64,000 bases of DNA from a bacterium (lineage in GTDB: Bacteria; UBA8248), in NCBI GenBank assembly GCA_965204535.1, contig CBDBEV010000001.1, positions 1,088,001 through 1,152,000 on the forward strand, read 5' to 3'. Both the position numbers and the translations under genes were made by a program. The notes below the pieces were generated by a model. The model saw only the letters and a program-made list of their open reading frames with translations, was not told the origin of the DNA and searched no databases. This document shows, piece by piece, positions 10,529 through 20,474 of the stretch. Position 1 is the first letter of the stretch. Each line of letters opens with the position of its first letter.

Positions 10529-13500
10529 CTATGTTTGGGGAACAGGTTTCCTGTAATCCTTGATTTGCCGGACAAGCGGAATCCCGCCGCAAACCAGGCC
10601 CGCTACCAGCATGGTTATGCTGAAGAAAATGACGAACAAGATGAACGCGATGAAGCAGGCGAACAAGAGTATCCGCTCGTATTTGTACAGCCTGTCGAAG
10701 AGCCAGCCTTGCGTTCCCGCCGAGAAAGCGATGAATCCCAGGAGCGTAATGGATGCGGAAAGCGCGACGCGCAACGGACTCGCGAACGTAAGCAGCGCCG
10801 GGTCGAACATGAACAAAAACGGCACGATAAAGCCCACGATGGCGAAGCGAAGAGACATCATGGACGTCTTGAAATAGGGCGCTCCCGCCAGCTTGGCCCC
10901 AACGAGCGAGGCTATCGCCACGGGCGGCGTAATGGCGGAGAGAATCGCGAAATAGAAGATGAACATGTGGGCCGCGACCCGGTCTCCCTTGGCGGCCACG
11001 AACTCCTTGACCCATTCCGCTCCGTAAATATGCGTGAGTTCAGGACCCACGAGTTTTACCAGCACCGGTCCGCCCAGAATGGCGAGCAGAACATACGCCG
11101 CAGTCGTCGGCATGCCCATTCCCAATATGGCGCAGCAAACCGCTGTCAGCAGCAGCGCAACGAAGAAACCATCGAGGCCGATATAATACGCGCATCCCCC
11201 GCCGACAGCGGCGCCGAACACGCATATATCCTGGGCGAGGGCCTCGATCATGAAGGCGAACTTGTTCCCCACGCCCGTAATGGACAGAACCTGAACGACG
11301 ACCTCGATGGTAGCCAGCGTCACGGCGAATTCAGCCCCTTGCCTGCCGCCTACGCGCAGAGCGTTGCGAATGCTGAAAATCCAGTCGGAGGCGCTTTGCG
11401 CAGCCTGCGCGGCAGGGCCGGTCTCACCCGTCTGCTTCGCCCTGCGCAAATAGGTGAACGGATTGCAGGATACGGCCAACACCTGCTTCAGGTTAGGCGT
11501 CGGGGCTTCGGGGTCGGATTCTTGCGAGCCGAATGAAAAAATAACCCTCTGCACGATGACGGCCAACCCGAAAAAGATGAGACCGTCATATATGAACCCG
11601 AAAGGCACGAACCATTCGCCGAAATTCGCTATGGGGGGGACGAGCGCATAAATTCCTTTTTGCACATAATAGGCGCCCACCCAAATCATGACGAAAAACC
11701 AAGGTATGGTCGTGGTGGGTTGCGCTCCTTTGCCCCTGGAAACGGACCATACGCTCAGCAGGGCCAGCACGAGAGCGGCTCCCGCCACGCCGGAAGACCA
11801 GCCGAAGGCGACCCACAAACCCAACAACGTGAGCGGGAAGATGGCGAGCCAGTTGCTTTCTGTCTCGCGCCAGAATTCACCCACCCAGGAGAACATGCGA
11901 GCGAAAACGCTCGCCAGAACAAATCCGACGACACCCAGAGAAAGAGCAGCCTTTATCGCCCCGCCCCAAGTCGGTTTTCCGTATACCCCCAACGGTAATC
12001 CGAAACCCAACTCGAAAACCGTGAGCAACGCGTATAGGAAAAATGTGAAAACCCAAAACGTAACCGGCACGAAAACGAATACATCATCTGCGATCGTCTT
12101 GTCGCCTCTCCTCATAGTACCCAAAAATTCCGTCACGTTCCGGTAAAACCAGATGCCCACCATAATGAATACCGACATGACACCTGCAAACACAGGCGTT
12201 CTGCCCTGAAAGAGGAAATAGACCAAAAACGCCAGGGGCACGAGATAGAACCACCCGCTCCTGAGCTCCGCCTTCCAACTCGGAATTTCGTTAGCGGGCA
12301 ACGGCTGGATGTTCAGCGCGCCGGCTGCGAAGTGGATGTTGATTCCCACGATGGTGAAATACAAGATGGCCGGTATACTGGCGTATCCGATAATCTGGAA
12401 ATACGGCACCTCGATGAGTTCGCTCATGATGAAGGCGCCCGCCCCCATGACAGGCGGCATGATCTGTCCGCCGCTGCTGGCCGCCGCCTCCGCCGCTCCG
12501 GCGATGTGCGGGCTCAGACCGATACGCTTCATGAGCGGAATCGTGAACGTGCCGGTGGTTACGACGTTGCCGGATGCGCTGCCCGATACCGTACCCATGA
12601 GCGCGCTCGAACCCACGGCGGCGAGGCCGGCGCCCGCACGCAGCTTTCCAAACAGCCCCAAGGCGAAGTTCACGAAAAAACGGCCCGCGCCCGATTCATG
12701 CAGAAACGCCCCCAAGATCAAAAACATGATGATGAAGGTAGCCGATATGACGACCAAAAAGCCCAAAACGCCACCGATGAAATCGGTCGAGAGTTTCGCT
12801 TGGAGTTCTATCCATGTATGGCCGCCATGCCCGAAAGGAGGCGCAAACAAATTGCCCCATATACCATAAGCCAAAGCAATCATCGCCAAGGTCGGAAGCG
12901 GGGGGCCGAAGCAGCGCCTCGTCAATTCGAGAGCGACGACGATCATGACGAAGCCGACGCGCGCATCGCCGATTGTCGGCGCGCCAGGGCGATCGACCAT
13001 CTCTTCGTGGTAGTAGAACAGGTAAAGGCATGAGGTCGCCACGAAGAAAAGCATCCCTGCGTTCAAGCCAATTGTGAATCCAGCCGGAAAAGGATGCGCG
13101 GGGTATTCCTCAAATACTTCTTTGATGCGTCTTTTGGCCCAGAAAAGAGGAAAAGCAAGTACGACAACCGGCCAGAGGTAGAAGGCGCTCCTCACCTCAT
13201 CGCTTTGCCCGGCCCACAATCCTACCCGCCACCCAATCAGAATGAGCGCTACGAAAAATACAACGAGAAAAACACCCGCTTTTTTCACTCCCTCGGCAGG
13301 TCTGAAGAAAACCGCAAACAAGGTCCACATGGTGGGAATGGCGGAGCATGCGATTATAAGCCACCAAAAGTTGGGCTCATGCGTGCTTTCGGGCAAATAA
13401 TCCCAATACCAGAACAGTATCGGGGCTGGTACAAAGCCCAAAAACCAGAGAAAAAGGGCGAGCCAGGATTTCTCGACGACCATCATCGCCATCCAGATGG

Positions 13501-13855
13501 CGAACGGTAGCGCATAAACCCACCAAACACTCCAGTCGGACCAGCCTTCTCCCATCTCGTAGACGAAATAATAGAAGATGACGGCGGGGATCAAAGACAA
13601 GAGATAGAATACGGGGAGGTATTTAAGCTTGCGTATTTTATCTCCGTAAATCTGTGGCATCGCCCCGGCGCCGCCGATCAGAAGAATGGTATAGGCCAAA
13701 AGCATGTGCATGTTGGGGTGCATCTCACCCGGCAAAGGCCGGAGATAGACAGCGGATATGTGGTACAATCCTGAGAGCACACACAACCAGGATGCGATGA
13801 AAACCAGAGCCCTTACGAGAGGAGCCGACTGGGTGGGGTCTGATTCTGTACTCAT
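10529..13855 (-). CDS. TRAP transporter fused permease (TAXI-type 4TM/12TM), enlarged to 1108 aa
   Basis: SGSASGNVVTTGTFTIPLMK, ASSGGQIMPPVMGAGAFIM, LGMGMPTTAAY, AHMFIFYFAILSAITPPVA. Confidence 0.92.
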   Translation of the reverse strand: MSTESDPTQSAPLVRALVFIASWLCVLSGLYHISAVYLRPLPGEMHPNMHMLLAYTILLIGGAGAMPQIYGDKIRKLKYLPVFYLLSLIPAVIFYYFVYEMGEGWSDWSVWWVYALPFAIWMAMMVVEKSWLALFLWFLGFVPAPILFWYWDYLPESTHEPNFWWLIIACSAIPTMWTLFAVFFRPAEGVKKAGVFLVVFFVALILIGWRVGLWAGQSDEVRSAFYLWPVVVLAFPLFWAKRRIKEVFEEYPAHPFPAGFTIGLNAGMLFFVATSCLYLFYYHEEMVDRPGAPTIGDARVGFVMIVVALELTRRCFGPPLPTLAMIALAYGIWGNLFAPPFGHGGHTWIELQAKLSTDFIGGVLGFLVVISATFIIMFLILGAFLHESGAGRFFVNFALGLFGKLRAGAGLAAVGSSALMGTVSGSASGNVVTTGTFTIPLMKRIGLSPHIAGAAEAAASSGGQIMPPVMGAGAFIMSELIEVPYFQIIGYASIPAILYFTIVGINIHFAAGALNIQPLPANEIPSWKAELRSGWFYLVPLAFLVYFLFQGRTPVFAGVMSVFIMVGIWFYRNVTEFLGTMRRGDKTIADDVFVFVPVTFWVFTFFLYALLTVFELGFGLPLGVYGKPTWGGAIKAALSLGVVGFVLASVFARMFSWVGEFWRETESNWLAIFPLTLLGLWVAFGWSSGVAGAALVLALLSVWSVSRGKGAQPTTTIPWFFVMIWVGAYYVQKGIYALVPPIANFGEWFVPFGFIYDGLIFFGLAVIVQRVIFSFGSQESDPEAPTPNLKQVLAVSCNPFTYLRRAKQTGETGPAAQAAQSASDWIFSIRNALRVGGRQGAEFAVTLATIEVVVQVLSITGVGNKFAFMIEALAQDICVFGAAVGGGCAYYIGLDGFFVALLLTAVCCAILGMGMPTTAAYVLLAILGGPVLVKLVGPELTHIYGAEWVKEFVAAKGDRVAAHMFIFYFAILSAITPPVAIASLVGAKLAGAPYFKTSMMSLRFAIVGFIVPFLFMFDPALLTFASPLRVALSASITLLGFIAFSAGTQGWLFDRLYKYERILLFACFIAFILFVIFFSITMLVAGLVCGGIPLVRQIKDYRKPVPQT

Positions 13856-14122
13856 ATCTCTCCCTCTTTCTCCACTGTGGTGGATCCTTAATCTTAAGAA
13901 ACTATGTTGATGATCTATACTATTCTATCGGATAGTTTGATTCTTTCGCCAGCGACTTAGGAATTTTGCTTTCTATATTTTTCTACCCACTTGACCAAAC
14001 CAGATGGTTTTGCTTAAGTGTAGCGAACTCGACAGACTCCAAAGTTCGGCATTTTATTCATGAGTTTCGACTTTCTAAGTCGAAACGTGGGAGTAATTTT
14101 CACTACCAAAAAGGAGAAACGA

Positions 14123-15094
14123 ATGAGGAAATCCACGCTTCGGCTGATTACGTTGGCGGCAGGTCTTGCCTTGGTTATCGGCACGGCCCCGACGGCGAAC
14201 GCAGCCAAAATACTTCTGGGAACGTCCCAGCCCGGCGGCGCCACCTTCGAGATTGGAACCGCGATGGGTAAAGTCATCACGGATAACTCCGGTGGAAAAA
14301 TCTCGGTGGCTGCATCCATTACCGGCGGTTCAACCGCAAATGTTCGCACCCTTCAGAAGAAAGACAAAAACCAAGCCCTCCGTATTGGCATGGCCACGGC
14401 GCCTGCCGTCTCGTGGGGACAAGTGGGCAGAAAACCATTCAAGAAACCCCAAGACGTGCTGGCGTTAGGGGCCCTGTACCCGTTGACGACGGTCTATACC
14501 ACCTTCAAGACCTCCGGAATTAAGAAATGGTCCGACCTCACCGGCAAAAGATTCGTCGTCGGCGGACGCGGGGGTTCCATTTACATCGTTACGCAGCTTG
14601 CACTCAAACACAGCGGCGTAAAAGCGAAAAAAGAATTCTTCAACAACCCCCAGAATGCGGCCGCAATCAGAGACGAAAGGGTGGACGCCGGCTTTTTCTT
14701 CCTGAACGCGAATGTTCCCGCACCAGTATACATGGAACTCGCACGCACGCTCTCCGGCAAACTGCATTTCTTCGGTCCGGATGACGCCACCATCAAAAAG
14801 CTGGCTGATAACGAAGCGGGCATCGTACGCGATGTCGTAGCTGCCGGCTCCATTCCCGGTTACAACAAAGACGTCGTTAGCTGGGGCCAGATGTGGACAT
14901 TGATGACCAACAGCAAAATGAGCAATGCCAACGCATATGGGATCGTTAAAGCTCTGTACGACAATCACAAGCAAATCACCAAGTACCATCCAACCGGGAA
15001 ATACGTTACGAAAAAGACCGGCCTTCGCGGCATGAAGAAACTGAAAATACACCCGGGCGCGTCACGCTATTGGAAAGAAGCAGGCATGATGTAA
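14123..15094 (+). CDS. TAXI-family TRAP solute-binding protein
   Basis: Signal peptide, GTSQPGGATF, TGGSTANV, IHPGASRYWKEAG; divergent from the TRAP permease; RBS AAGGAG. Confidence 0.92.
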   Translation: MRKSTLRLITLAAGLALVIGTAPTANAAKILLGTSQPGGATFEIGTAMGKVITDNSGGKISVAASITGGSTANVRTLQKKDKNQALRIGMATAPAVSWGQVGRKPFKKPQDVLALGALYPLTTVYTTFKTSGIKKWSDLTGKRFVVGGRGGSIYIVTQLALKHSGVKAKKEFFNNPQNAAAIRDERVDAGFFFLNANVPAPVYMELARTLSGKLHFFGPDDATIKKLADNEAGIVRDVVAAGSIPGYNKDVVSWGQMWTLMTNSKMSNANAYGIVKALYDNHKQITKYHPTGKYVTKKTGLRGMKKLKIHPGASRYWKEAGMM

Positions 15095-15108
15095 GCAACA
15101 ACAAGCCC

Positions 15109-15141
15109 TAAAAAACCCCCTGCTTCGGCGGGGGGTTTTTT
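15109..15141 (+). terminator. rho-independent terminator (possibly bidirectional)
   Basis: AAAAAAACCCCCTGC-TTCG-GCGGGGGGTTTTTT. Confidence 0.85.
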
Positions 15142-15231
15142 GTCGTCTATTCATGCTCATCATGTGCCTTGGAAATGTTATGATGGCCGAATCTTACCTA
15201 TAGCCAGATAATTCATTCCGGGGGGAAGAAA

Positions 15232-15840
15232 ATGAGCACATCCGGTTTTGAAACCTTTCGTCTCGTAAAACCCGATGAAGCCGAAAGCGAGGTTTCACAG
15301 ATTTATGATGAGATATGCCGATTGAAAGACCCGCGCTGGCTGGGGCCTTTGTTCGGTTTTTTCGCTCATGTGCCGGGTCTCCTACGTGGATTCTGGGAGC
15401 TGCAAAAACGTCTCGAAGTGCTGGATGGTCACATTTCGCGAGAGCTGACCAATCGTATCGCAATGGTTTGCGCGGTCGCCTCGGATTGTCCCCGTTGCGT
15501 GAATTTCCACAAAACCGACCTCATTCACCGCATGGAACTCGATGAGTATGAAGTCGAAAAACTCCATGACTTTGAAAATGCAGATTTGCCCGAGTCGGAA
15601 AAAGCAATATTCCGCGTGGCCAGAAAACTTACGCTCAACGAACAACTAACTGACGAAGAGTTTCAAGCGTTGCGCGAGCACGGCTTTGACGAGCCGGCAA
15701 TCGTGGAGATCGTCTCGGTCGCTCTGCTGGAGGGTGGTTTCGCGCGTCACGCAAGCGTTTTGGCCCGTTTTGAAGATGGGATGGACTGGCCGGTGCAACA
15801 TACCCCATCCGCCGAATACCGAAGTGTCATCGACCGCTAA
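15232..15840 (+). CDS. carboxymuconolactone decarboxylase/AhpD-like peroxidase-related protein
   Basis: CxxCxxxH motif (DCPRCVNFH), GFDEPAIVEIV typical of CMD/AhpD proteins. Confidence 0.75.
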   Translation: MSTSGFETFRLVKPDEAESEVSQIYDEICRLKDPRWLGPLFGFFAHVPGLLRGFWELQKRLEVLDGHISRELTNRIAMVCAVASDCPRCVNFHKTDLIHRMELDEYEVEKLHDFENADLPESEKAIFRVARKLTLNEQLTDEEFQALREHGFDEPAIVEIVSVALLEGGFARHASVLARFEDGMDWPVQHTPSAEYRSVIDR

Positions 15841-15878
15841 AAGCTTACGGACTTATTGGTGCTAAGCGAGAAAGGAGT

Positions 15879-16142
15879 TTATTTCTTGCTATGAACTTGT
15901 GTCAGAAGACTCTTGGGAGGTTGTGTATTTTTAGCCGCTTTGCTTGCGCGAAGATTCTTTGTCTGAGTCAAGGGGGATTGGGGCGGCGCTTTCTTCGTGA
16001 TGTCATACTTAGGTGATTCGGCGGGGTAGTTGTAAAGAGTAACCAGGCACGCATCGGTTTTGCCGTGTGTTTCTTCGGCAAACGCGCTGGACACGCCCAC
16101 AAGAAAGAAAACAACCAACCCCAGAATTTTCAGACAGCCCAC
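15879..16142 (-). CDS. small hypothetical secreted protein
   Basis: Signal-peptide-like N-terminus (KILGLVVFFLVGVSSAFA); no recognisable domain. Confidence 0.4.
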   Translation of the reverse strand: MGCLKILGLVVFFLVGVSSAFAEETHGKTDACLVTLYNYPAESPKYDITKKAPPQSPLTQTKNLRASKAAKNTQPPKSLLTQVHSKK

Positions 16143-16337
16143 AAAATAATCCCCAAGCTATAGACTCATTAGAAAACATACCGGACGATCATACCATGAA
16201 TGTCGACGAAATGGTTCTTCAGCTTGACCCGCTAATTCGTCATGTTGAAAAACAATCTCGACCACTATAAAGTTAGGCAAGTATTCAAAAACTGCAACTT
16301 TACAAATATGGCGGGTAGCGCTAGGCATTCATTCGCT

Positions 16338-16372
16338 TTTATTTGGAAGCTACACACCTTTATTTGGAAGCT
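16338..16372. promoter_or_regulatory. 14-bp direct repeat upstream of ABC operon (candidate operator)
   Basis: TTTATTTGGAAGCT at 16338-16351 and 16359-16372 (21-bp period). Confidence 0.45.
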
Positions 16373-16379
16373 TTATCCC

Positions 16380-18338
16380 GTGCCAGAATCCAAGAATTTG
16401 CTAAAAATGATGAAAATCGACAAGTCCTTTCCGGGCGTTCATGCGCTCAAAGAAGTCGATTTCGATCTCGCCGAAGGTGAAGTCCACATCCTTTTGGGTG
16501 AGAACGGGGCCGGAAAATCCACGCTCATCAAAATTCTGGCAGGCATGTATCACGCCGATTCGGGGCAAATCGAGATTAGCGAAACACCCACCATTATTCC
16601 CGACGCCAGAACCGGGCGCGATCTGGGAATCAGCGTCATCTATCAGGAACTGAACCTGGTGCCTGATCTGAGCGTGGCCAAAAACATCTTCCTGGGTCGT
16701 GAACCGGTCTTGCCCGGTGTCATGAAGCGTGTGGATTGGGCTAAAGTCGAGCAAGAATCCCGCGCAATCATGGAGCGCCTGGACGTGAAAATCGACGTCA
16801 ACGCGCCGGTCCGCTCTCTAAGCGTCGCGGATCAGCAAATGGTGGAGATCGCCCGGGCTCTTGCGTTCGACTGCAAAATATTGGTGATGGATGAACCCAC
16901 GTCTTCTTTGAGCGGCCACGAAATCGAGGAACTCTTCAAGGCGGTCAACCGGTTGCGAGAGCATGGCGTCGGCATCATTTACATCTCCCACCGCCTTGAA
17001 GAAGTCCACGAGATTGGAGACCGCGTCACTGTCCTGCGTGACGGGGAATATATGGGCACGTGGGAAGTCAAGGAGGTGGAACTCGATTTCCTGATCACGC
17101 AGATGGTGGGACGAACGCTCGATGAGAAATTCCCCTGGACGCCCCGTGAACATGGAGAAGTAGCTTTGCGGGTGCGTGGACTCACCCGAAACGGCGTATT
17201 CGAAGACATCAATTTTGACCTCCATTATGGCGAAATCGTCGGCCTCTCGGGTCTCGTAGGCGCGGGAAGAACCGAAGTGGCTCGGGCCGTGATGGGCGCG
17301 GACCCTGTTGATGGCGGCACCGTCGAGATGACCAACGCGACAAAAGAGAAAGAGGAGATACAAAAGCTCCCCCACTACCCGATATGGATGGCGCTCGTGG
17401 ATGTGGTTGTCTTCATGCTGGCTTTGCCTTTGTTCACCGTCATCTTCCAGGGGATTTACGATCCTTTCACGCTCAACATGAACTCACCACCACCACTTTT
17501 CAGTGGGAATTGGTTTTATGAATGGATTCTTGGCGGGCCGTTATACAACATACCGAACGGTCCCACTCCCTATCTCGTCGCCGGCGGATTGGCCGTCCTG
17601 AGGCAATTGGGACTTTGGTTCCTCGAACGTCAGTACCACTGGCGCACCTTGGTCATCGACTTCGCAAGCTGGTACGCCCTGGCGATATGCGCGATGGTCT
17701 TTACGAGTCTGTTCACCCAGAATTTCGTTCTCGAATGGGTCATGATCTGGGGCGGCGTCGCCATGATTGTGATTCGATTCCTGACAATCCTCACGCATGA
17801 GCGCAAGTGGACCCCAACGCTGGCCATACGACGCGGGCTGGGGCTGTTGCCCGAGGACAGGAAAACCCAAGGCCTCACCCAGGTTCTCTCGGTTGCTTAT
17901 AACACCACAAGTGCTAATCTCCGCCGCCTCATCAAGCGTTGGCTGCTCAACCTGAGCATGGAAAAAGATTTCGTCGATGAGCATATCGACCAGCTGAAAA
18001 TCATGACGCCGAACCAGGAGACGCAAATACGCTTTCTCTCGGGCGGCAATCAGCAAAAAGTCGTTCTCGCAAAATGGCTCTTCAGACGCGCCAACGTGCT
18101 CATATTCGATGAGCCGACTCGCGGGATAGACATAGGCGCTAAATTCGAAGTTCACTCGCAGATGCTGCAACTTGCCAAAGACGGCGCTGCGGTTATGATG
18201 ATTTCAAGCGAATTGCCCGAGATTCTCGGGATGAGCGACCGCATTCTGGTGATGCGTGAAGGACGGCTCACCGCAGATATCGACAGAAACGAAGCTACGC
18301 AAGAAGGAATTTTGCGCTACGCAATGACGGCGGATTGA
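16380..18338 (+). CDS. sugar ABC transporter ATP-binding protein with an internal membrane-domain insertion
   Basis: GENGAGKST, MDEPT, GLVGAGRTE, ~150-aa hydrophobic insert, then LPEDRK, LSGGNQQK, FDEPTRGIDIGAK; start uncertain (GTG 16380). Confidence 0.9.
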   Translation: MPESKNLLKMMKIDKSFPGVHALKEVDFDLAEGEVHILLGENGAGKSTLIKILAGMYHADSGQIEISETPTIIPDARTGRDLGISVIYQELNLVPDLSVAKNIFLGREPVLPGVMKRVDWAKVEQESRAIMERLDVKIDVNAPVRSLSVADQQMVEIARALAFDCKILVMDEPTSSLSGHEIEELFKAVNRLREHGVGIIYISHRLEEVHEIGDRVTVLRDGEYMGTWEVKEVELDFLITQMVGRTLDEKFPWTPREHGEVALRVRGLTRNGVFEDINFDLHYGEIVGLSGLVGAGRTEVARAVMGADPVDGGTVEMTNATKEKEEIQKLPHYPIWMALVDVVVFMLALPLFTVIFQGIYDPFTLNMNSPPPLFSGNWFYEWILGGPLYNIPNGPTPYLVAGGLAVLRQLGLWFLERQYHWRTLVIDFASWYALAICAMVFTSLFTQNFVLEWVMIWGGVAMIVIRFLTILTHERKWTPTLAIRRGLGLLPEDRKTQGLTQVLSVAYNTTSANLRRLIKRWLLNLSMEKDFVDEHIDQLKIMTPNQETQIRFLSGGNQQKVVLAKWLFRRANVLIFDEPTRGIDIGAKFEVHSQMLQLAKDGAAVMMISSELPEILGMSDRILVMREGRLTADIDRNEATQEGILRYAMTAD

Positions 18339-18360
18339 ACCGCGTTCGGAGGTAGATGGA

Positions 18361-19374
18361 ATGAGCGCTGCAGTCTCGGCGGAAAATGAAAAATTCATCT
18401 TGGGTTATCCGGTAAAGGATATTCCCTGGGAGCGGGTGCTCCTCATTTCCGCGTTCGTAGTCTTGATGATCTTCTACACTTTTGCGACCGAGAATTTCCT
18501 CACCCTCGAAAACTTCGTGAACGTCGTGCGCCGAGACGCATGGCTCTTCTTTTTGGCCTATGCCCAGACATTGGTCATCGTGTCGGCGGGATTCGACCTT
18601 TCGCAAGGCTCCATCATGAGCGTGGTGAGCGTGATGGCCTGGAGCGCGATGCTGCATTTCGGGTTTTTCATCGGCCTCATCGCCGGCCTCGGCATCGGTC
18701 TGCTTTGCGGCGTCATCAACGGGTTTTTCGTCGGCGTCGTCAGGGTGCAGCCATTCATCGCGACACTGGGAATGCTCTTCATCGGCAGCGGCACGGCCCA
18801 GCTTTGGACCGGCGGCCTTCAGATGGGAGGCGCACGCGAGGGCGCAACGCTGCCGAAGCACGTGGAAGAAGCATACGTCTTTCTGGCGAAAGGGAATCTT
18901 GGGCCCATTCCCTTTACATTCATCTGGATACTCATCGCGCTGGGCACCATGTGGTATCTGCTCAAATACACCCGCTTCGGCACTTACGTGTACGCCCTGG
19001 GCGGAAACGAGCAAACGGCGATTTCCGCCGGCATCAACTATCCGGGCATGAAGATCGCCATTTTCGGCATCGGCGGTCTTCTGTGCGGTTTCGCAGGGCT
19101 TCTTCTTTCGGCGAACGTAAGCGCTGCGGGCGAACCCAGGCTGGGCGGCGGCGATCAACTGCTCCAATCGATCGGAGCGACCATCATCGGCGGCACGCAT
19201 ATTTTTGGCGGGCGAGGCGGCGTGCTGGGTACGACGCTGGGTGTTTTCCTGATCATATTCCTGGTGAACGGGCTGAACATCATGGGAATCGACACCTACC
19301 GACAACAAATCATCGTCGGTTTGGTGATTCTCGCCTCCATCTGGGTCAGCACCCTGCGCGAGCAGAAAAACTAA
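18361..19374 (+). CDS. sugar ABC transporter permease
   Basis: AGFDLSQGS, YALGGNEQTA, IGATIIGGTHIFGGRG. Confidence 0.92.
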   Translation: MSAAVSAENEKFILGYPVKDIPWERVLLISAFVVLMIFYTFATENFLTLENFVNVVRRDAWLFFLAYAQTLVIVSAGFDLSQGSIMSVVSVMAWSAMLHFGFFIGLIAGLGIGLLCGVINGFFVGVVRVQPFIATLGMLFIGSGTAQLWTGGLQMGGAREGATLPKHVEEAYVFLAKGNLGPIPFTFIWILIALGTMWYLLKYTRFGTYVYALGGNEQTAISAGINYPGMKIAIFGIGGLLCGFAGLLLSANVSAAGEPRLGGGDQLLQSIGATIIGGTHIFGGRGGVLGTTLGVFLIIFLVNGLNIMGIDTYRQQIIVGLVILASIWVSTLREQKN

Positions 19375-19389
19375 GGGGGATTCAACATC

Positions 19390-20385
19390 ATGGCGAATGT
19401 AGCGGAGGCTCCGGTCAGACCATCGGCCTCCTTGTTGGCCAACTTCAATTACGAAAAATATGGTTTGCTCGTCGTGTTCATCCTGATGATGATCATATTT
19501 TACGTTCTCCAGTTGATGGGCTACGTGAACAACTTCATCGAAGCCCATAATTTGACCAACCAACTCAGAAACGCATCTCTCCTGTTCTTCATCGTCGCGG
19601 GCCAGAGCATGGTGCTCCTCGTTTCAGGCATCGATTTGAGTCAAGGTTCCCTGCTCAGCCTCTCGAGCGTCGTGATGGCGCAGGGCATACTGGACTTCGG
19701 CCTTGCCGTGGGCGTGTTGATGGGCATCGGAATGGCGACGATTTTCGGTTTCATCAACGGCTACCTCGTGGGCCGCGTGAAGATACAGCCTTTCATCGTC
19801 ACCCTGAGCATGCTCTTCATCTGCGCAGGCATCGCACTGGTATTCACGGGCGGTCGCACCATTCACCAGTTCACGGGCGAGCAAAAAGATATCCTGCAAG
19901 CCATCGGGCTCACGGATTTCTTCCACATCCCCGGCACGCTGTTCATCGCCATCTTCTTCTTCATCATTCTCTACCTGCTGACGAAACGAACGGTGCTCGG
20001 CCGGGCGATCTATCTAACCGGTGGGAACGAGGAGGCCGCGCGCCTCTCGGGCATCGATACCGGCAAGGTGAAACTCATTTGCTACTTGATCAGCGGCATC
20101 TGCGTGGGCATCACCTCGTTCCTTTACCTGGCAAGACTCCCGGCCACGAACGGCCTCGCGGGGTTTCAGCTTGAATTCCAGTCCCTGGCGGCCACCGTGG
20201 TGGGAGGCACGACGTTCCACGGCGGCGAGGGGGGCGTGACGCAAGCCGCGATCGGGACGCTGTTCCTGACATTTTTGCTCAATGGCCTCATTCTGCTGGG
20301 CGTAGGAACATTCGCCCGGGAGGTGGTGGTAGGCTTGTTGCTCATTGCGGCAGTGGTTTTGAGTTCCCGCAAGCGGCGGGAATAG
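19390..20385 (+). CDS. sugar ABC transporter permease
   Basis: SGIDLSQGS, GGNEEAARLSGI, AATVVGGTTFHGGEG. Confidence 0.92.
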   Translation: MANVAEAPVRPSASLLANFNYEKYGLLVVFILMMIIFYVLQLMGYVNNFIEAHNLTNQLRNASLLFFIVAGQSMVLLVSGIDLSQGSLLSLSSVVMAQGILDFGLAVGVLMGIGMATIFGFINGYLVGRVKIQPFIVTLSMLFICAGIALVFTGGRTIHQFTGEQKDILQAIGLTDFFHIPGTLFIAIFFFIILYLLTKRTVLGRAIYLTGGNEEAARLSGIDTGKVKLICYLISGICVGITSFLYLARLPATNGLAGFQLEFQSLAATVVGGTTFHGGEGGVTQAAIGTLFLTFLLNGLILLGVGTFAREVVVGLLLIAAVVLSSRKRRE

Positions 20386-20474
20386 GAAATATGTTTATAC
20401 TGTAGTCATTTTTCCCTTTCGCGGAGGAGAGAACATCCGTCCGTGAAACCCATTCTGCGACGAGGAGATACAAG

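Noticed and set aside
17331-17813. Intein or mobile-element explanation for the ATPase insert
   Set aside because: No intein terminal motifs (C-terminal HN), no endonuclease motifs, no TIR or TSD; composition is that of membrane helices.
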